Source: Mobula hypostoma
Taxonomy: Eukaryota
Direction: 5' to 3'
DNA length: 64,000 nt
NCBI RefSeq assembly: GCF_963921235.1
Contig: NC_086109.1
Coordinates: 33,170,001 to 33,234,000, forward strand
The notes beneath the pieces were generated by a model. It made no database searches. It was not told the origin of the DNA and saw only the letters and a list, made by a program, of their open reading frames with translations. The position numbers were made by a program, and so were the translations under genes. This document shows positions 1 to 11,593 of the stretch, one piece after another. Positions within the stretch are counted from its first letter, which is position 1, and every line of letters begins with the position of its first letter.

Positions 1-1389
1 GACAAAGGGAATACCTCTATCCATTCCTCTCACTGACCTTCTCTGTAATTTAGAACTATTTTCTCCTAGTTTTGACAAAGTGTTTTGAACATGAAACATT
101 AATTCTGTATCTCTTTCCACAGATGTTGCTTGACCTACTTAGTATATGAAATACTCTTCTTGTCCACATTAAATTGTGCTTGATTAAGTTTATAACAACA
201 TTGACTAGATGTATGACTGAAGATGATATATTTAAAAATTCCAATAAGAAACATGCACTGCCACAAACTGTGTGCAAGCACGTTTTGTAAACACTTATTT
301 GTGTGTCTTGGATATTAGGCATTGCACCCAGAAGATTGAAAGAGAAATAAACCTAAATCATCCAGAAAAATATACAGAACAAGATCAAAATTGCAGCTGT
401 TTATAAGGCCCACAAGTAAAGGTATTGGATCAGGAATGGTCAGCAACCAAGATGGCAAGCTTAGAAAAAGAGAGGAAAATGGAGCCTTTCTACTATCTAC
501 ACAAGTGATTCTCATCAGGGTCTGCTTGTGTCTTGATATGAAGAATAATCACATTATATCTGCCCATCTACACTAGTAAATTTAAAACCTAAGATCATAA
601 TCTTTTATTAGAAGTCTCTCCTGGTTTCTCTTTTTCCCTGTCAACTCCAGTTTTTCTTCCCCATCTTCACTTCAATCACTCATTTTCAACATACAAACAA
701 AATAGTCACTCGCTCACTTGGCTTCCACCTGTCTAGTTAAATATTGAATACTCTTATATTTAGTCTCTCATTCTGATCAAGGAAAGCAAGTATTTTAAAA
801 TGCAAATTCTTCAGTCCTTTAGCAATAATATTGATTCCAAGGATATTATTATCTACAAATCATGTCTTTTTTAATTAAAATAATTTATGTTTAAGATAAT
901 ATCTCCTCCATAAAATGTACCTGATGTCATAAAGGAAAGCAGATTCAAATCATATTTGCAATGCAAATAATGATTCAGTGACAATCTGATGCATGTCTCA
1001 AGAGTAGAGTTTATAAGACCGTAAAACATTGGAAAGAATTAGGGCATTTGAGCCTGCTCCGTCGTTCCATCATGGCTGATTTATTATCCCTCTCAACCCC
1101 ATTCTGTTTTCACCCCGTAACCCTTGATGCCCTTACTAATCAAGAACTCTTCAACCTCTGCTTTAAATATACCCAATGACTTGGCCTCCACAGCCATCTG
1201 TGGCAATGACTTCCACAGTTTAATACTGAAGGCAATAGATTTTTTGGATGTAATGGAGCTGCCCAAGAACCTTCTGGCAGAATTAAGCTCGTCTCTGCTT
1301 CACTTCTGTGCATCTGACCAGTGTGGAACAGTGAGGCCCTGGAACATGTTATAGAATACAGAAACCTAGAGGTAGAAATATATAGTTCC

Positions 1390-1710
1390 CCTGCGACACA
1401 AGTAGGCAAGATGGTGAAGAAGGGCATATGGCGTGTTTGCCTTCATTTGATGGGGCACCGAGTACATTAGTGGGTTGTCATGTTACAGCTGTACAAGATG
1501 TTGATGAGATTGCACATGGAATAATGTGTGCAGGTCTAGTTGCCACTCTATAGGAAGGATGTGATTAACCTAGAGATGGTGCAAAAAAGATACACAAGGA
1601 TGTTGCTGAGACAGGGGAGCTTAAGTTATGAGGAGAGACTGGAGCGATGGAGGCTAAAGGGCGACTTTATACAGATTTGTAAATTCCTGAGGGACAGAGA
1701 AAAGACAGAT
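1390..1710 (+). mobile_element. CR1 LINE 3' fragment, degenerate
   Basis: YRKDVINLEMVQKRYTRML...LSYEERLE...RLKGDFIQ is the CR1 ORF2 C-terminal signature. Confidence 0.75.
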
Positions 1711-2237
1711 TGTCAGTCTTTCTCTCCCCCCTCCCCCCATCCAACCCGAAGGCAAGGGAGTCTAAAACCTGTCTCTACAACTTCCTATGGCAACTCTTTT
1801 CAAAGATCCACCATCTTGTACATGAAAAACCTGCCTTCAGGTCCCCTTTAATTCTTTCCCTTCTCACTTTAAACCTCTGCCCTCTAAAGGACAGGGTTAT
1901 TTCACATAGAACATGATGGGTATTTAAAAGGAGTTTCCAGAGGAAGTGGTAGAATCAGGAACAATTACAATGAAAAGACATTTGATCAGGTACAAGGATA
2001 GGAAAGATATGTACCAAATGCAGTAAATGGGACCAATTCAGGAAGACCTCCTGGTTAGTACAGCCAAGTTGCACTAAAGGGCGTAATCCATGCCATGAGT
2101 CTAAGCTTTTCATTTGAGTTTGAAAATCCAAATATATTTCACATGGTTGCACAAAATTCATATGCACACTGTGATCTCCAACAAGGTTTCAAAACCTTGC
2201 AACAAAAAAGCTAATCTTTAAAAACAAAATCCATTAC

Positions 2238-2406
2238 CTTCCAGATTGTACTTCTTTGCAATAGGTAAATGTAGAAGACGGATATGACCAATTATTGGAT
2301 TCTTCCGATCCTGATCTTCTGTAACTTTACTTTGGTAATGAGATCTGCTATACGGACTGATGAAGGAACAGGCTGTTATTATAAGGAGCCCCAGAGCAAT
2401 CACAAT
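2238..2406 (-). CDS. C6orf89: C6orf89 orthologue, second coding exon (169 nt; contains the hydrophobic segment)
   Basis: Acceptor ttctgacAG|ATT at 2407/2406 (phase 0, matching the previous exon) and donor G|GTAATG at 2238/2237. Translation IVIALGLLIITACSFISPY...IIGHIRLLHLPIAKKYNLE matches the recalled human C6orf89 VLATLGLILLTAYFVIQPF...LIHHIRLMSLPIAKKYMSE. Confidence 0.9.
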
Positions 2407-2689
2407 CTGTCAGAAGACAAAGATAATTTTATTTTTATTAAAATTTGAAATTACAACATAAATTAACTTGAGCAAGTTAACAAGGATATCTCTACTGTTA
2501 ACAGTTTACTCAATTTGTAACCCTAATATCTATGATGCTCTTTGTTCTACTTTAGCAACAGACTTTCAGCTACAAAAGTGAGCAATGGATTTTTAAAAGC
2601 ATAACACAGATGAAAGTGCAATTTTTCACAACTATTCAAAACACCCATTCATTGAAAAAGGAGCTAGGGCTTTCCCAGCATATACGACA

Positions 2690-2880
2690 AATAAACTCTT
2701 CTTGGGCTTCTAGCCAGGTACAGGTAGAGGTTCAATTATAACCTAGCCAGGTTCAGTTATAACCGACGTTTCAATTACAAACTCTGCCAACTTCATCAGG
2801 ATGACGCCTGCGCATGTCTAGTCTGGTGGTATAAATAATAGTTACCTGTACCCAGCTGGAAGCCCGAGAAGAATTGATTC
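2690..2880 (-). mobile_element. Penelope-like short element with inverted ends and a hammerhead-like core
   Basis: The ends actcttcttgggcttctagccaggtacaggta and tacctgtacccagctggaagcccgagaagaatt are imperfect inverted repeats. The minus strand reads CTGATGA(2799-2793)...GAAACGTC(2772-2765). Confidence 0.65.
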
Positions 2881-4084
2881 ACCCTTTCATTGTTTCTTTC
2901 ACTGAAAAAAGTTCAACCCTTAGAACAGGAGACTGATTACTTATACGCAAAAGGTCTGCTTACAATCAGCCCATTAACAAGAACTGTTGTATTGATATTG
3001 TCTGCCATAATCACACCTGGATGAACATCAATTTATCTGGTACTACTCGCATTATCCTCTCACCATGCTGATATTCTCTCATCCCTAAATACTATTTGCC
3101 TTTCCACATTTCTTTCATTCCCTTCATTAGATTTTCATTTCCCCCTCCCTCTATTCTGGCTCACATCTCCTTATTCATTGGTTTGTCATTCTTTCTCTTG
3201 TACGATTAGTAGGTGAATCCCTTCCTTATGCATTTAATGGGTGAAATTATTGTACAAATGACATTTTTACTATTAAAATCACCTTCCTTTCTTTGATATG
3301 AAATCCAATTCATTCGTGACAATAGCAATGATTATTGTTTACTTTTATCTTTATTCTTAAACAGCAGTTCATCATGATTTAATACATCCCAAGATATTTC
3401 TACCTGTGTATTAATAGTGAAAATTTAGAAATCAATTAAAACACAGTAAGCAAAGAACATTAGAAATTAAGAAGTACAATACATTTTTATGACTATTTCA
3501 GATGTTAACAAAGATTGTTTCTTTAATCAAGCATTTTAAAAATCCATTCATTAGTTCTAAAGTTCCAACTACCTGATGCTGAATGATACAAAAAGGAAAA
3601 CTAACACGATAAAACCGTTTATCATTAAACAATCACATGATATTCACTACTCAGCAAAAAAAAGCATTACCACAATTAAAATCTATTCCATTTTTAAAGT
3701 ATTTCAGGAAGTGCATTATGACTGCTTCACTCGCTAACAAAATGAGATAGGCAAAGCAGTCACATAAATTCAGGAAACATTTCACACGTGCTTCTTACCA
3801 TATATCTTGTTAATTCTGTAAACCCATCATGAAATATTTTCAAAATTTGAAACAATAATAATGATTTAGCCATCTTCAGGAATTCATTTGTTCTCCAAAC
3901 ATTAAATACTTCGGATGAAACTCTGCTCTAAAAGCAGCTAATATCTATACTTTGAGAAGAAGCCTTGAAATCAAAAAGGGTTACTTTACAAATTTCGCCA
4001 CGTGGCCTACTTTTTTTAAATTCACTCATAGGGTGCAGTTATCCCTAATTACATTTGGGAATGTAGCAGTGAACATCCTTCTTA

Positions 4085-6235
4085 AAGTTCAAGTAAATTT
4101 ATTATCAACACGTCACCATATTGTCACCATATATAACCCTGAGATTTGTTTATTTGCAGGCATACTCAGTAAGTCCAAGAAACATAGCAGAATCAATGAA
4201 AGACCACACCCAACAGGAGAGACAACCAACCAACATGCAAAAGGCAAATGTAAATACAAAAGATGAAAAAAGAAATAATAATAAAAAAGAATGTAATAAA
4301 TATCAAGAACATGAGATGAAGAGTCCTTTAAAGTTAGCCTGTTGGTTGTGGGAACAGTTCAGTGATGGGGAGAGTACAGTTGAGTGAAGTTATCCCCACT
4401 GGTTCAAGAGCCTGATAGTTGAGGGGTAACAACTTCCCGAACCTGGTGGTTTGCATCCTGAGGCCCCTGTACATTCTTCTTAACACTATGACAAACTTCT
4501 ATAGATGTGCAGTGGAGAGTATACTGACTGGCTACATAACAGCCTGGATGGAAATGTCAATGCCCTTGAATGGAAAATCCTGCAAAAAGTAGTGGATATG
4601 CCTCAGCCAATCAGAGGTAAAGCACTCCCAACCATTGAGCATATCTACATGAAACACTGTCGCAGGAAAGTAGCATCCATCATATGGGACCACCATCACT
4701 AAGGACATGCTCTCTTTTAACTGCTGCTGTCAGGAAGGTGGTACAGGAGCCTCATGACTCACACCATCAGGTTCAGCAACAGTTGCTGATTTATTTATTA
4801 TTATTATTTCTTCTTTTTGTATTTGCAGTTTGTTGTCTTCTACACTCTAGTTGAACACCCTAGTTGGGCAAACTTTCATTGATTCTGTTATGGTTGTTAT
4901 TCTCTAATTTATTGACTATGCCCACAAGAAAATGAATTGCAGTGTTGTATATGGTGACATATAGATACTTTGATTATAAAATTTGCTTTGAACTTTGCTG
5001 ATAGTAGCAGCAAGAAGAGAGCATAATCTGGGTGGTGGGGGTTCTTAACAATGAATGCTGCTCTCCTGCGACAACATTCCATGTAAGTGTGCTCAATGGT
5101 GGGGAAGGCTTTACCTGTGACAAACTGGGTCGTATCCACTACTTTTTGTAGGATTTTCTGTTCAAGGACATTGGTGTTTCCATACCAGGCCACAATGCAA
5201 CCAGTCAATATACTCTCCACCACGCAGCTGTAGAAACTTGTCAAAGTTTTAGAGCACATGGCTTTAGAGTGAAAAGGGAAAGGTTTAGGGGGAACTTCTT
5301 CACACAGAGAGTGGTGGAGTGTGGAACGAGCTGCCATCTGATGTGGTAAATGTGGGCTCACTCTTAAGTTTTAAGAATAAATTGGATAGACACATGGATG
5401 GGAGAGGTCTGGAGGGTTATGGACTGGATGCAGGTCAATGGGACTAGCGGAATAATGTTTCGGCACAGATAGAAGGGCCAAATGAACAAGTTTTCTGTGC
5501 TGTATACACATACAGAATCTTCATTAATTTCTAAATAGAGGCACTGTGGTGTTTTCTTCATAACTGCACCTAAGTGCTGGGCCCAGGACAGATCCTCTGA
5601 AATAATACTGAGGAATTCAAAGTTGCTGTCCTTCTCCACCTCTGATCCCCCAATGACGTCTGGCTCATGGACCTCCAGTTTCCTCCTCCTGAAGCCAATA
5701 AATCATCTCCTTGACCTTGCTGACACTGAGTGGCACCACAGACAGATTTTCATCTCCCTCCTACATGCTGGTTTGTCATCACCTTTGCATCGACCAACAA
5801 CAGTGGTATCGCCAGCAAACCTGAGTATGGCACTGGAGCTGTTCTTAGCCCTAAGTAAGAAGTGAGTAGAGAAGGGAGCTAAGCTTATGGTGCACCTGTA
5901 CTGATGGAGATGGTGGAGGAGACAGTGTTGTGAATCCAAAGTGACTGGAATCTACAAGTGAGGAAATCGAGGATCCATTTGCACAAAGAGGTATTGAAGC
6001 CAGGGTCTTGAAGCTTATTGATTAGTTTTGAGGAGGATAATATTGACGGCTGAGCTGTAGTCAATAAAGATCATTTTGATATATGCACCTTTGCTGTCCG
6101 GATGCTCCAGGGTTGAGTGAAGGGCCAATGAAATAGCATCTGCTGTGAACCTGTTGTGCCGGTAGGCGAAATGGAGCTAATGCAAGTCACTTCTCAGGCA
6201 GGAGCTGAGATGCTTCATCACCAAAGCACTTCATC
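4085..6235. mobile_element. Cluster of Rex/Babar-type LINE 3' fragments in both orientations, with a CR1 3' end nested at about 5250-5500
   Basis: ESILTGCIVAWYGN...LQKVVDT...AAFIVKNPHHP and RFAGDTTVVG motifs; CR1 tail ttcttcacacagagagtggtg...ggccaaatg. Confidence 0.75.
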
Positions 6236-6514
6236 CCAGCTTTGTGATTAGGTTCCTCCAAGTTGTTTTTCTGTATCAAGTTCCAGAAATTTGATAGAGC
6301 AAAAGAGGTCATCTATTTCATTTATTCAGTTCATTCAGGACTTGGACATTCCTGGCAAGAAATTATTTATTAGCATCCCTAAATTTCTTAAACAGTTGCT
6401 GTCATTCTGGTGAAGGTACCCCAATTCAAATCGGGATTGAGTTCCAGAATGATGACGGAATAATGATATATTTCTAAATTATAATGATGTGCAACTTGGA
6501 GGGCAACATACGGT

Positions 6515-7170
6515 TAGACCATTTGACATAGGAAAGAATTAAGCCATGTGCCCCATCGAATTTGCTCTGCCATACGATCACGGCTGATCCATTTCCCTCT
6601 CAACCTACTCTCCTGCCTTCGCCCCATAACCTTTCGTGCCCTGACTGATGAAGAAACTATCAACCTTCACCTAAAATATACCCAATGATTTGGCCACCAC
6701 AGCCAGCTTGTGGCAATGAATTCCACAGATTCCCCACTTTCTGGCTAAAGAAATTTCTCTTAATCTCTGCTCTAAACGGACATCCCTCTATTCTGAGGTT
6801 GTGCCCTCTTGTCCTGGACTTCCCCACTATAGGAAACATCTTGTCCACATCCACTCTATCTGGGCCTTTCAGTACTCGATAGGTTTCAAAGAGATCCCCT
6901 CTCATTCTTCTAAATTCTAGAAGGTCCAGGCCCAGAGCCGCCATCAAACGCTCATCATATGGTAAGCCTTTCATTCCTGGAATCTTTTTTGTGAACCCCC
7001 TTTGACCTCCTCCAATGTCAACATGTCCTTTCTTAGGTAAAGAGACCAAATCTGCTCACAATACTCCAAGTGGGGCCTGACCATATCTTATAAAGCCTCA
7101 GCATTACATCCTTGTTTTTACGTTCTAGTCCTCTTGAAATGAATGCTAACATTACATTTGCCTTCCTCAC
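6515..7170 (-). mobile_element. CR1 LINE 3' fragment
   Basis: LEFRRMRGDLFETYRVLKG...RTRGHNLRI...NFFSQKVGNLWNSLP. Confidence 0.85.
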
Positions 7171-7427
7171 CAATTGTAGTGTTCTTGTGCAATCTGCTGC
7201 CTTCAGTATTTTAGGTGGCAGACAATGCAGTTTTTAGAGGTGTAACTATATTGTACATTCAAATGTTTGACAGTGGTGAAATTATATAAAGATGAGCTTT
7301 ATTTGTCACATATACAGTGAAGTGTATCATTTGTGTCAAATCAATGCAGCAAGGGGAGGGGAGGGGGGGGGGGAGGGGGGGAGAGGGGGGGGGGGGGGGG
7401 GGGGGGAGAGGGGGGGGGGGGGGGGAG

Positions 7428-7742
7428 NNNNNNNNNNNNNNNNNNNNNNNNNNNNNNNNNNNNNNNNNNNNNNNNNNNNNNNNNNNNNNNNNNNNNNNNN
7501 NNNNNNNNNNNNNNNNNNNNNNNNNNNNNNNNNNNNNNNNNNNNNNNNNNNNNNNNNNNNNNNNNNNNNNNNNNNNNNNNNNNNNNNNNNNNNNNNNNNN
7601 NNNNNNNNNNNNNNNNNNNNNNNNNNNNNNNNNNNNNNNNNNNNNNNNNNNNNNNNNNNNNNNNNNNNNNNNNNNNNNNNNNNNNNNNNNNNNNNNNNNN
7701 NNNNNNNNNNNNNNNNNNNNNNNNNNNNNNNNNNNNNNNNNN
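7428..7742. other. Assembly gap (315 N) next to a poly-G/GA tract
   Basis: N run preceded by about 75 bp of near-homopolymer G. Confidence 1.
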
Positions 7743-8038
7743 GAGAGGGGGAGAAAATCCTGATTGGTCTCTCTTTGTGCTAAGTAGACCTATCAGTTTT
7801 CTCTGTGGTGGCCAGGCTTTACAGTTGACCTCTCTCTCTCTCTTTCATTATCCATCAGTTCAGTTTAGTGTCCTGCAGCACCATGGCAGAGTATTCCAAA
7901 AAAAGAGAAAATATAAAAAGTACCTCACCCCAGACTACACTGAAGTGTACCCCTGCCAAATAGGGGTCAAAAATAATGACAGTGTTGCTCGCTGCACTGT
8001 TTGCAAGTGACTTTTCTACTGCCCATGGTGGATTAAAT

Positions 8039-8214
8039 CAGGGGTCCCCAACCTTTTGTGCAGCGCGGACCTTGCGTGAGTTCAAGTTCAAGAGTGGTCG
8101 TGACAAGGAATGAGGAATGGTGCAGCTGGCTCATATCGGTTCATATCTCCAAATCATATCATTTCCTAGCAGCCCAGTAGCACATGCTCGTGGCCCGGTG
8201 GTTGGGGACCACTA
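8039..8214. mobile_element. Charlie-like hAT MITE nested in the hAT relic
   Basis: TIRs CAGGGGTCCCCAACC / GGTTGGGGACCACTA; 8-bp TSD gattaaat (8031-8038) and ggttaaat (8215-8222). Confidence 0.85.
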
Positions 8215-8340
8215 GGTTAAATGACTGTAACAGACATGTTGAGGTGAGTTTAACAGGCGTCATTCATTTATTAGCATAGCTAACATTATTTAAACTAGCT
8301 GGCTAGCTGCCAAGGAGCTACTCTATTAATGTCATGTTTG

Positions 8341-8575
8341 TGGGCATGTGGCCAAGTGGTTAAAGCCTTCGTCTAGTGATCTGAAGGTCGCTAGTTCGAG
8401 CCTCAGCTGTGGTAGCATGTTAGTGTCCTTGCGCAAGGCACTTAACCACACATTGCTCTAGTGTCTTGCGAGGAGTGGCGCCCCACACAGACTTCCAATC
8501 TGCGCTTTGTAAGGCATGAAAATGCCCAACGCAGGACTCTCATGGTCTGAGTCGATGTTCCCTCCCTCCCTCCCT
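8341..8575 (+). mobile_element. tRNA-derived SINE
   Basis: A box TGGCCAAGTGG and B box GTTCGAGCC, followed by the SINE-body motif gtgtccttgcgcaaggcacttaacc and a (ccct)n tail. Confidence 0.75.
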
Positions 8576-9379
8576 GCACGCCAAACTCCCTGTAGACTTG
8601 CTTAAAGTTGTAATAGAATAAAAAAATGACTCCATGATAATATAACTGTGAATCTTGTGAATATGATGTCCTGCAAAAGTAACAAATTCATTGACACAGA
8701 CTGTTATGAGGTTGAGACTTCCGGCAAAATGCTCAAATCTGCTAAGCAAGCCACATCACAGTACTGTACAAGGAAAGTTCGCAAAAGAAATAGAAAAGCT
8801 ATTTGCATTAGCATTCAGCTATTAGCATTGAGACTGCCAACAAAATACTCAACAAGGAATATATATGTGTGTAAGTTTCAACATGTGATCAAATAAATTG
8901 TTGTGTTTTTTCATAATCAAATGTCCTGTATACATACACCCTTGGAGGTCGACGGGTGGGGGGGGGGGAATATGGGGTTGCGGGGCGGAATATGGGGTTG
9001 GGGGGGAGAGATATGGGGTTACGGGGGGGGGGGGGTTGGTGGTGCTACCTCCCTGAAATGAGTTTTTGCAAGGTGGGATGTCTGCTTATTAACTGGCTTT
9101 ACATGTTTTACAACAACCACCTACTACTGACCGACCCAAATTATAGTTAGTAAGGGCGTGATCAGAAACTCCGCCCCATCCTTTTAATTACTCGCTCGTC
9201 TGTGAGCAAACTGCGCTTCCTTTTGTTGGAAATAGGGAAACGAAATCCGACCTACATTAACTACAATTTTTTTCATAAACTTTGCACTTTTCACTGCAAA
9301 GTTCCAGCCGAAGTCCAGTAGTGTCGAGAGGAGGGACAGTGGAAAGGGTTTAAATAATAACCAACAACAAACGCAACAG

Positions 9380-9960
9380 AACTTGAATTACCGGCTGAAG
9401 GGGAACAGGATCTCCAAGTGCCGCCTGCCGCCTTGGGATGTCCAACGTAACTGCCCCCCACTGTTAACCGGAGCCCATACCATCGGTCCGTCAGTCACCC
9501 CACCACCAGGTCCCGGAGGCCCGGGGCCGCTCACTAACCTTGACCGCCGCCACCAGCCGCGGGAATCTGCGCGCCTCCCTCTGCGGCTCGTTGGTCTCCA
9601 GGATCTGGGCCACGAACCTCTCGATGTCACGCTCGGACATGCCATAGTGCTCGCCAGAGCGCCGCAGCACCTCGACGCTGACGGCCAGCTTCTCGTAGAT
9701 GCATGGCTCACTGGGGCCGGCGCCCATCTTCCGCCATCACTGCCCGGCCGGCACGTCGGCGCTCCGCTCCGCCTGGCCCGGCAGCACTTTCGCCACGGGG
9801 GGGCCTAACGTAGACAGCGGACAGAAACGGGACACGGGGGGCGGGGGAGCTGGAAATAAACAGGCCAGCAAACGCCAGCTGCGGGATAAAATAACACACC
9901 GCCACACTCCCCGCACTGAACTAAAGTGACAAGTCACGAAATAATACCAGTAGCAGGGCG
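9380..9960. promoter_or_regulatory. CpG island over the 5' end of C6orf89
   Basis: Abrupt GC- and CpG-rich block in an AT-rich background; GC box GGGGCGGGG near 9838-9846. Confidence 0.75.
9539..9727 (-). CDS. C6orf89: C6orf89 orthologue, first coding exon (189 nt, 63 aa)
   Basis: ATG at 9727 in AAGATGG context; donor AAG|GTTAGT at 9539/9538. MGAGPSEPCIYEKLAVSVEVLRRSGEHYGMSERDIERFVAQILETNEPQREARRFPRLVAAVK aligns without gaps to the recalled human N-terminus MDLAANEISIYDKLSETVDLVRQTGHQCGMSEKAIEKFIRQLLEKNEPQRPPPQYPLLIVVYK. Confidence 0.92.
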
Positions 9961-10947
9961 AAGTGCCATAAATAACCGACCTCGAAATAACTGATAATAA
10001 TGATTTCTTCGAATCAGCGAAGAAATTAGTCTTGCACCTTTAACATCAAGACTATAGAAAAGCAGTGACCTGTATCTGAAAGACTGCTTTCTCTGCAAGG
10101 GTTTGCACTGAAGTATTAATATGGCAACGTTTTTAAGACACAGGTTAGTTATACTTTCAAAATATATATAACGGTTACACTTTGAGTAGATCGGCTTATT
10201 ATATAGTATCCGGGTGCTGTCTCAATTTTATCCGAGTGTTAGTGTCATGTTTCAGTCATTTACCTGCATTTACCTGCAGGGCTGCCCCCGTGTCTGAATA
10301 GATGCTGCCTGACTTGCTGAGTTTCTCCCAGCACCTTGTCTGGGTGTTGCTCGGGACGTCCAGCATCTGCAGGAGCCCTGTATCCAGTGTGTATTTCAAA
10401 CAATGTGGGCGCCTGACAATCTTAATCAAATCTGCGATCAGCACAGAATCGTGCTACAAAACTTCTGGCATTGCCAGCAAACCGAATTAAACCAACTTTC
10501 AAAATCAGTCTGGAGAATCAGTTTAGTACATAATGCCTCAAAATAATTTTAAATCGTAGGTATAAGATTGTTTTTTGCTTGGCAAATACTCCAATATATT
10601 AAACTAAATACATCTGATAGCGCAGCAGGGTTGCTTTCCAGCACATCCACGTTGTCGAATGTACAACTCCGAATTGTAAAGGAATTCACTTCTCTGGGGC
10701 GAACTGCACATGCGCAAACTTTGCAGGGAGGGTTTGCTTATAATATGAAAGTTAATGGTTGCGCTGCGGTGCTCTCAATTGGGAGGCTCGGCTCGCTGAC
10801 GTTGCCAGATTTTGTCAGGAAGATGTTGCTCAAACAAAAAAAATCCTAATCTCTTTCACCTAGAGGAGTGAAAGCAGAGACTTAACAAGAAAGATCGAAA
10901 GGTTAATCGGGAAAAAAAATCGAGAAACTTTTAAATTTGTCAGCTCT

Positions 10948-11593
10948 ATCACGGGTGGCTATAAATACGGATATGTACCGAGTATAATGGAAACGTATGT
11001 AAAGGATGACAAGTTATTGAATGGTTTATTGTATATATTTATTTTTGAATAAAGTATATTTTGAAATAAAAAAAATCACGGGTGGCTATAAATACGGATA
11101 TGTACCGAGTATAATGGAAACGTATGTAAAGGATGAAAAGTTATTGAATGGTTTATTGTATATATTTATTTTTGAATAAAGTATATTTTGAAATAAAAAA
11201 ATCACGGGTGGCTATAAATACGGATATGTACTGAGTATAATGGAAACGTATGTAAAGGATGAAAAGTTATTGAATGGTTTATTGTATATATTTATTTTTG
11301 AATAAAGTATATTTTGAAATAAAAAAAATCACGGGTGGCTATAAATACGGATATGTACTGAGTATAATGGAAACGTATGTAACGGATGAAAAGTTATTGA
11401 ATGGTTTATTGTATATATTTATTTTTGAATAAAGTATATTTTGAAATAAAAAAAATCACGGGTGGCTATAAATACGGATATGTACTGAGTATAATGGAAA
11501 CGTATGTAAAGGATGAAAAGTTATTGAATGGTTTATTGTATATATTTATTTTTGAATAAAGTATATTTTGAAATTTTAAAAAAAATCACGGGT
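10948..11593 (+). repeat. Tandem array: 5 near-identical units of 126-130 bp
   Basis: Unit starts (atcacgggt) at 10948, 11075, 11201, 11328 and 11455, with a final atcacgggt at 11585. Each unit ends AATAAA...poly(A). Confidence 0.97.

Larger units (their letters stand above)
7745..9084 (+). mobile_element. Internally deleted hAT-like DNA transposon; left end probably lost in the gap
   Basis: BED-finger-like ARCTVCK..FS.AHGGLNDCNRHVE followed by a GTGAGT donor; hAT C-terminus-like LVNMMSCKSNKF...CYEVETSGKMLKSAKQATSQY at 8648-8765; terminal-looking gcaaggtgggatgtctg near 9084. Confidence 0.6.

Noticed and set aside
315-515. Possible third C6orf89 exon
   Set aside because: No recognisable similarity to the expected continuation and no convincing splice sites; later exons probably lie left of the window.
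7292-8010. Gly-rich long ORFs in the ORF track
   Set aside because: Artefacts of poly-G plus the N gap.
8341-8412. Functional tRNA gene
   Set aside because: A and B boxes are present, but the acceptor stem does not pair and the sequence runs straight into a SINE body.
9383-9937. Several overlapping ORFs on both strands
   Set aside because: Shadow ORFs of the GC-rich island; only the 9727 frame matches a known protein.
10948-11593. CRISPR-like array
   Set aside because: Whole units are near-identical with no unique spacers; the context is eukaryotic and there are no cas genes.
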